DNA of 64,000 nucleotides, taken from assembly GCA_965215605.1 (NCBI GenBank), contig OZ244070.1:3744001-3808000 (forward strand). Direction: 5' to 3'. The notes below the pieces were generated by a model that worked only from the letters and a program-made list of their open reading frames with translations, was not told the DNA's origin and made no database searches. Origin of the DNA: an uncultured Candidatus Binatia bacterium (GTDB lineage Bacteria; Desulfobacterota; Binatia; UBA9968; JAJDTQ01). Both the position numbers and the translations under genes were made by a program. Position 1 is the stretch's first letter, and the number at the start of each line of letters is the position of its first letter. Shown in pieces: positions 58,825 through 64,000 of the stretch.

Positions 58825-59768
58825 AGAAGAAGATCCGCGATATCGAGGTTTTCAACCTGTCCGCCCTGGACCTGTTTGCCTCGGCCATGGGCGCATTTGT
58901 CCTGCTGAGCGTGATGATGCTGCCGTACTTCTTCAAGGGCAAGGAACTGGAAGAGGTCATGGAGCATCTGAAGCAGGAGGTCGCGGCCACCGCCGCGCAA
59001 GCCGGTGAAGCCGAAGCCGCCGCGCGCACGGCCGTGACCGCCGCACGGAACGTCACCGAAGACAACGTCGCCGAGACGGGCAAGGGGGGGCGTGAACTGG
59101 CGGCGCTCCGGGCGAAGTCCGCGGAACTCTCGGCGCGAATCGATGGCCTCCGGAAGGAAATCGAACGGGAGAAGCGGAAGAAGGTCGCTGTCAAGCCTGA
59201 CAAGGGTGGGCACAAGGTCTCTTTCCGCCTGCTCGGCCTGAAAACCAACGAAGACCGCTATCTGATCCTGATCGACGGTGCGGCGAGGATCAAGAGAAAC
59301 ACAGGCAATCTGCCGAAGGTCCTGACCGAGGTGGTATCGGTCTTCGGGCCCGGAAAGGAGTTCGCCATCGCCTTCTACCGGCACGCCGCCGCCGGGCTGC
59401 TATACGAGCGCTGGCCCAAGACCGGCTTTGTCGAAGGCTCCTCCGAGACTCGGACCAAGGCGGTAGCTTTCATGAAAAAACAGTATGAAAAGATGTCGGG
59501 CCGAAGCGCCACCTACCAGGCCCTCGAACGGGCGGTCGGCGAACAGGCCGACGCGGTGATCTTCATCTCGGACGGCTTCATTTCCCGCAAGACCAATCTC
59601 GGACGCGGTCCCGTTCAGGTCATCGACGAGATCAGCGGAAAGAATTCACGGGGCATCCAGGTGAACAGCGTTGCCGTCGGCGTCTGGTTCCGCAATCCCG
59701 GCTTTGCCGACTTCATGAACCAACTCAGACTGCGGAACGGCGGCGACTTCAAGGGCGTGCCGCCCTGA
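58821..59768 (+). CDS. Membrane-anchored coiled-coil plus VWA-like protein (degenerate MIDAS), paralog of the upstream gene
   Basis: N-terminal TM SALDLFASAMGAFVLLSVMML, LIDGAAR in place of DxSxS, and ISDG. GTGA overlap. Confidence 0.83.
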   Translation: MKKKIRDIEVFNLSALDLFASAMGAFVLLSVMMLPYFFKGKELEEVMEHLKQEVAATAAQAGEAEAAARTAVTAARNVTEDNVAETGKGGRELAALRAKSAELSARIDGLRKEIEREKRKKVAVKPDKGGHKVSFRLLGLKTNEDRYLILIDGAARIKRNTGNLPKVLTEVVSVFGPGKEFAIAFYRHAAAGLLYERWPKTGFVEGSSETRTKAVAFMKKQYEKMSGRSATYQALERAVGEQADAVIFISDGFISRKTNLGRGPVQVIDEISGKNSRGIQVNSVAVGVWFRNPGFADFMNQLRLRNGGDFKGVPP

Positions 59769-59841
59769 TCGACAGGCAACGCGTCGAACGCGGTCTCCAT
59801 GACTCGCCGCGGTCCGGTATTGAGCCGGCCGACTGACGGCT

Positions 59842-60498
59842 TCAGAATCCGGGAGCGACTTTCCTGGTCCGCTCCAGCCCCTCCCACGTATCGATGACCT
59901 CCCGGTGGGACGCCACCAGGCCGAACTGGCGGCGGGTGTTCTCCAGGGTGCCTTCGTGGAGCACCGGGTCGGGACCGGCCATGCAGTCGTCCACCATGGT
60001 GACGTAGTAGTCCAGCATGAAGGCGTCGCGCATGGTGCTTTCCACGCACACATTGGTGGCCACGCCGGTCAGGAGGACGCTCTCGATGCCCTTGGCCCTG
60101 AGGATGGTTTCCAGGTCGGTGTTGATGAAGGCGCTGTAGCGGTGTTTGATCACCACCCGCTCGTCCGCCCGGGGCTCGATGCCGTCGAAGAAATCGGCGC
60201 CCCAGGACCCCTCGCGGCAGGTCTCGGTATCGGCGCCCTCCGGCTTGCGGTAGAGCCACGGCTCGGTGTCGGTCCACTCGCTGTGGATGGTCTGGATGTA
60301 GACGATGGGCAGGCTCACCTCCCTCGCCTCGTTGATGAGCTTGTAGAGGTTGGGCATCATCTCGAGACCTGATCTGACATCCAACCCACGCTTGGCGCAG
60401 GCACCCTCCGGGCTGCAGAAATCGTTCTGCACATCCACCACGATCAGCCCCGCCAGGGAGGGGTCGCAACGCTCCTTGAGACTTCTCAACACGCTCAT
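59842..60498 (-). CDS. Isochorismatase-family cysteine hydrolase (RutB/nicotinamidase-like)
   Basis: VVDVQNDF, KHRYSAF and GVATNVCVEST provide the Asp-Lys-Cys triad. Confidence 0.92.
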   Translation of the reverse strand: MSVLRSLKERCDPSLAGLIVVDVQNDFCSPEGACAKRGLDVRSGLEMMPNLYKLINEAREVSLPIVYIQTIHSEWTDTEPWLYRKPEGADTETCREGSWGADFFDGIEPRADERVVIKHRYSAFINTDLETILRAKGIESVLLTGVATNVCVESTMRDAFMLDYYVTMVDDCMAGPDPVLHEGTLENTRRQFGLVASHREVIDTWEGLERTRKVAPGF

Positions 60499-60523
60499 GC
60501 CTGCCTCCTTCGAATCCCTGGCC

Positions 60524-61342
60524 TCAATCAGCCATCATTTCTTTCTGCAGCGGAGTCAGGGCATTGGAGCAGCCCACCATGCTGTTGCGCGTCACCAGCC
60601 CTACCAGTTGTTCTTCGCTCCAGTCCTCGGTCCCCTCGGGACGCTTGGGCACAACCAGGTAGCGGGTCTCGGCGGTGCTGTCCACCACCCGCACCTCCGT
60701 GGCCTCGGGCAGCTCCAGCCCCATTTCCTTCAGCACCCGGCGGGGGTCCACCACCACGCGGGTGCGGTAGTTGGTGCTCTTGTACCAGTCGGGGGGCTGG
60801 CCGAGCAGTTGCCGCGGATAACACGAGCACAGGGTGCACACCACCACGTGGTGCACGTCGTCGGTGTTCTCCACCGCGATGAGCTGGTTGGCCGTGGACA
60901 TGTCGACGCCCAACTCCTCGGCCGCGGCGATGCCGTCCTCGAACAGACGTTTCCTGTACTCGGGGTCGGTCCAGGCCCGGGCCACCACCCGGGAGCCCTG
61001 ATGCGGTGATACGCCCTCGTTCTCGTCGATCTTGCGCCTCACCTCGTCCGTGCTGATGATGCCCTTCTCGCGCAGGAGGTTGCCGAGGGCCAGCATCTGC
61101 TTTTCGAACAGCGTGTGCTCGTGCTCGGTGGTGTCGATGGGATTGTTGGCGTGGAGCTGCTCGAACACGTCGTCGTGGCTGTGGTCGTGTCCGTGCCCGT
61201 GCTTGACGCTTCGCGTCTCGTCGGCGCTGAGGACGCCCTTTTCCTTCAACAGGTCCGCGGTTGCGCGGGCCCGCCGTTCGAAGTAGCTCGGCCCCTCGGT
61301 GGATGCCGGCTCGTTGCTTGTTTCCTGTTTGTCCTTGGCCAT
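60524..61342 (-). CDS. nthA: Cobalt-type nitrile hydratase alpha / thiocyanate hydrolase gamma-like subunit with N-terminal extension
   Basis: VVARAWTDP, metal motif VCTLCSCYP, PPDWYKS and TRYLVVPKRP. GGGAG precedes ATG 61342. Confidence 0.88.
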   Translation of the reverse strand: MAKDKQETSNEPASTEGPSYFERRARATADLLKEKGVLSADETRSVKHGHGHDHSHDDVFEQLHANNPIDTTEHEHTLFEKQMLALGNLLREKGIISTDEVRRKIDENEGVSPHQGSRVVARAWTDPEYRKRLFEDGIAAAEELGVDMSTANQLIAVENTDDVHHVVVCTLCSCYPRQLLGQPPDWYKSTNYRTRVVVDPRRVLKEMGLELPEATEVRVVDSTAETRYLVVPKRPEGTEDWSEEQLVGLVTRNSMVGCSNALTPLQKEMMAD

Positions 61343-61362
61343 GACGTTCTCCCGGTATGCGT

Positions 61363-61653
61363 TTATCGCAGCTCCAGCCACCGCTCGAAAATGTCCGCGT
61401 AGATCTTGTTGACACCCTTGGGCGCGGGCCGGTCGTCCCACACGTGAGCGAGTTCGAACTCGATGGAGTACAGGTTGGCCTTGGGCAGGCCGTCCTTGCC
61501 GAAGGAGAGCAGCTCCGGGTCCTTGAAGCTGCCCCTGATGTCGGCCACCACGCCGGCCTTACCCCGCAGGTACTGGGGCGAGCGGATGTGATGCCCCAGG
61601 GTCAACGTCTCCTTGACCCGCACGCGATCGCCTTGCTTGTAACGAAAACTCAT
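61363..61653 (-). CDS. Stand-alone SH3-like C-terminal domain of nitrile hydratase beta (thiocyanate hydrolase alpha-like)
   Basis: GDRVRV, HIRSPQYLRGKAG, LYSIEF..VW and DIFERWLE motifs, only 96 aa. Confidence 0.85.
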   Translation of the reverse strand: MSFRYKQGDRVRVKETLTLGHHIRSPQYLRGKAGVVADIRGSFKDPELLSFGKDGLPKANLYSIEFELAHVWDDRPAPKGVNKIYADIFERWLELR

Positions 61654-61838
61654 GGGCGCCAGTCTCGACTTTCACGGGTTGATTGTCAACTCGCGGAGCG
61701 GCCCGGGTACGCGACAGTGGCATAGATACCATCGCCATTGGTCCTGGCCGGACTCGCCGCCGGCCGGTTCAGCAAGAGAAGGCGCCTGCCGTTGCCTTGG
61801 GCGGCCAGACGCGTCAAGATCAACTGGAAGGAGGCATC

Positions 61839-62462
61839 ATGATCGATTTGTATACGTGGAGGACTCCCAACGGCCGCAAGGTATCCGTCATGCTGGAAGA
61901 GCTGGAGATGCCCTACAAGGTCCATCCCATCAACATCGGCAAGGACGAGCAGTTCGCTCCCGACTTCCTGGCCATCAGCCCCAACAACAAGATCCCGGCC
62001 ATCGTCGACCCGGACGGCCCCGGGGGAGGTCCCTACAGCCTCTTCGAGTCCGGCGCCATCCTGCTGTACCTCTCGGAGAAGGCTGGCGGCCGTTTCCTGC
62101 CCGAGGCATCCCGGGCGCGCTACGACGTCATGCAGTGGCTCATGTTCCAGATGGGCGGGGTAGGGCCCATGTTCGGCCAGGCCCACCACTTCCTCGGCGC
62201 CAAGGAGCAGGTCCCCTACGGCATCGACCGGTACAAGAACGAAACCCGCCGCCTCTACGGAGTGATGGAGAAACGCCTGTCCGACCACGAGTACCTGGCC
62301 GGCGAATATTCGGTGGCCGACATCGCCACCTATCCTTGGGTGGGCCGGCACGAGAGGCACCAGGTGGATCTGGCCGACTTCCCGCAGGTCAAGCGCTGGT
62401 TCGAAGCCATCGGCGCCCGCCCCGCGGTGCAGCGCGGCATGCAGGTGCCGCCGGACGCGTAG
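61839..62462 (+). CDS. Glutathione S-transferase (YfcG/Nu-class-like)
   Basis: TPNG, ISPNNKIPAI, FESGAIL and WLMFQMGGVGP motifs. AGGAGG RBS. Confidence 0.93.
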   Translation: MIDLYTWRTPNGRKVSVMLEELEMPYKVHPINIGKDEQFAPDFLAISPNNKIPAIVDPDGPGGGPYSLFESGAILLYLSEKAGGRFLPEASRARYDVMQWLMFQMGGVGPMFGQAHHFLGAKEQVPYGIDRYKNETRRLYGVMEKRLSDHEYLAGEYSVADIATYPWVGRHERHQVDLADFPQVKRWFEAIGARPAVQRGMQVPPDA

Positions 62463-62571
62463 CATCGGAGAACACAGCTTGGATATCGTTGACAGGCCCC
62501 GCGGAGGCGTGTCAGAAACCTCCCTTACGGCTTCGGGACAGGTCCCCCCGCGTGCCTGGATCCCGATGCCG

Positions 62572-62580
62572 TGCTAGACT
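62572..62580 (+). promoter_or_regulatory. Putative extended -10 promoter element for tRNA-Arg(CCT)
   Basis: TG-c-TAGACT ending 10 nt before the tRNA 5' end. Confidence 0.4.
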
Positions 62581-62589
62581 TCCCTGTAC

Positions 62590-62663
62590 GCCCCCGTAGC
62601 TCAGCAGGATAGAGCACAGGATTCCTAATCCTGGTGTCGTGAGTTCAAGTCTCGCCGGGGGCA
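62590..62663 (+). tRNA. tRNA-Arg(CCT)
   Basis: GCCCCCG...CGGGGGC-A, anticodon arm CAGGA-TT-CCT-AA-TCCTG, T-loop GAGTTCAAGTCTC. CCA is not encoded. Confidence 0.95.
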
Positions 62664-62674
62664 CTCCCACCTGC

Positions 62675-64000
62675 TCACGGGCCGACGACGGCTTCCAGGT
62701 ACGCCTTCCGGTAATCCGCCATTAGCGCATCGGTGTCCTCGGCAAGCATGAGGCCGATGGCGACCAGAGCCTCCATGGCGGCTCGTACCTGCTGGAGGTA
62801 GTCATCCACGCTTGCGTACCTTTCCTCCAGCGACAGGCGCGGATCGCCGTCGGCTTCACGGTCGGCGGGAGTCTGGGGGAAGGGGATGGAGGAGCCCAGC
62901 AGGCCGGCCAACTCGCCTTCCGCCAGTTCGTGGGATTGCAGATTCCATCCGGTATGGGTGGCCAGGGGGACGGTGATCCAGGGGAGGCGAACCCCTGCGA
63001 CATCGTTGCCGTCCGCATCCACTGCCGGTACGAGGATGCTGTAACCGGCCCCGTCGGCGGCGGCCCGCGGGCGGGCGTCGACGACGCCCTCGGCAACGCC
63101 CGCGCCGTAGTCGAGGAACAGTTGGCGGTTGTGAAGGCCGGTGCAGGCCGCGCCCGGGATGGCCGGGAACCCGGTGCGCAGGCTTTCCGGGGTTGCAAGC
63201 GTGCCGTCGGCGCTGCGCGGGATTCGGCTCGGAGGCGGCGCGGTACCGTCGGTGGCCCAGCGGTCCATGGCGACAATGAGGGCGCGCAGGGCCGGACCGA
63301 TGCTCAGCGGGTTGCTCAGGTGCCGGGCTTTGCCCCGTTCGGCCCGGGTGCCGTAGGGCGCGTTGTGCTGGGTGCTGGACATCAGGAACATGCGCACGCG
63401 GTCGGGCAAGGAAACGTCGTTTCCGCGCCCGTCGGTATGCGCCAGCGCCCCCCGCTTCTGCCAGTACTCGGTGGAGGTCTGGGTATGGATCACCAGGGGG
63501 TCGGTGGCGGGCCGCTTGAGGATGCCGTCGCTCCGGCCCGTCCGCGGGTCCTCCATGACGTTGTAGGCGAAGGGGAAAAGCTCCGGCTCGAGCTGGTTGG
63601 TGTGCTGCTGGCACGAGGTGACGGGGCGGGCGAACTCGTAGTTGAGGAACATCCGCCCGCCGCCGGAGGCGTGGGGCGCAATGGCGTCGAAGACCAGCCG
63701 CCCCTGCTCGTCCTCGTTGAACCCGTGGTAGACCAGGTCGCGCAGGAACCGGCCGCTCTGGGAACGGCCCCAGGCATAGGCCTTCTCGACGCCCCCGCCG
63801 CCCGCGAGGGGGTTGGGGTTGCCGGCGCCGTCCTCCTCGTCGCGGCGCAGGAACGAGACAAGATCGCGCACCGCGGCGAACCCGAGACCCAGTACCAGCG
63901 GGTCCCGCGCCGTGTACACCAGCTCGTAGATGGCGCCCGGAATGAAACCGTCCGGCAAGTGGAGATGGGACGCGCTCGGCGTGATCTCCCGTGATCCGTT
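62675..64000 (-). CDS. Alpha/beta hydrolase domain protein (Abhydrolase_10-like), 5'-truncated by the window edge
   Basis: GLGFAAVRD, nucleophile-elbow WGRSQSGRFLR and DADGNDVAGVRLP motifs. The frame is open to the window end. Confidence 0.82.
   Translation of the reverse strand, partial: NGSREITPSASHLHLPDGFIPGAIYELVYTARDPLVLGLGFAAVRDLVSFLRRDEEDGAGNPNPLAGGGGVEKAYAWGRSQSGRFLRDLVYHGFNEDEQGRLVFDAIAPHASGGGRMFLNYEFARPVTSCQQHTNQLEPELFPFAYNVMEDPRTGRSDGILKRPATDPLVIHTQTSTEYWQKRGALAHTDGRGNDVSLPDRVRMFLMSSTQHNAPYGTRAERGKARHLSNPLSIGPALRALIVAMDRWATDGTAPPPSRIPRSADGTLATPESLRTGFPAIPGAACTGLHNRQLFLDYGAGVAEGVVDARPRAAADGAGYSILVPAVDADGNDVAGVRLPWITVPLATHTGWNLQSHELAEGELAGLLGSSIPFPQTPADREADGDPRLSLEERYASVDDYLQQVRAAMEALVAIGLMLAEDTDALMADYRKAYLEAVVGP

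Noticed and set aside
49318-59768. Zorya anti-phage system
   Set aside because: The MotA homolog lacks the long ZorA cytoplasmic tail, there is no OmpA-domain ZorB, and no ZorC/D/E helicase or nuclease gene is present.
62489-62514. TTGACA as the -35 box of the tRNA promoter
   Set aside because: It lies ~100 nt upstream with no good -10 at 17-nt spacing. It is more likely one arm of a small TGACA...TGTCA hairpin after the GST gene.

Overview
This is a high-GC bacterial chromosome segment. The gene content suggests a deltaproteobacterial or Binatota-like, possibly host-associated organism, but that is inference only. It holds about 58 CDS, two tRNA-Arg genes (CCG and CCT) and one sulfatase remnant. 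I found no rRNA, CRISPR array, integrase or transposase. Main blocks: (i) 0-4.1 kb, a ferritin-like/amidohydrolase/SDR/UbiD operon; (ii) comF, a P450, and a purine phosphoribosyltransferase with a BMP-type nucleoside ABC transporter; (iii) housekeeping genes (S58 peptidase, MEMO1, ferredoxin, VWA, FIST, gloB, pcs, rhomboid, arfB, sppA); (iv) 26.2-45.3 kb, a catabolic region with CoA-transferase, MaoC, two flavoproteins, a TctA-TctB fusion, a CoxMSL-like Mo-hydroxylase, UbiD, cyclase, two TctC and an Fe-S hydro-lyase whose genes are separated by tauE; (v) 45.5-59.8 kb, a tightly coupled 11-gene cluster; (vi) a cobalt nitrile/thiocyanate-hydratase-like pair with unusual subunit architecture, GST, a tRNA and a partial hydrolase. 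Block (v) is the best candidate for an uncharacterised system. It encodes a giant secreted repeat protein, three FHA-type proteins, PP2C, a non-RD Ser/Thr kinase with an external FGE-like domain, a lipoprotein, a second secreted protein, and a MotA/ExbB channel. Its apparent partners are two VWA proteins, each with an ExbD/MotB-like transmembrane Asp. This suggests a phosphorylation-controlled ion-driven envelope motor.
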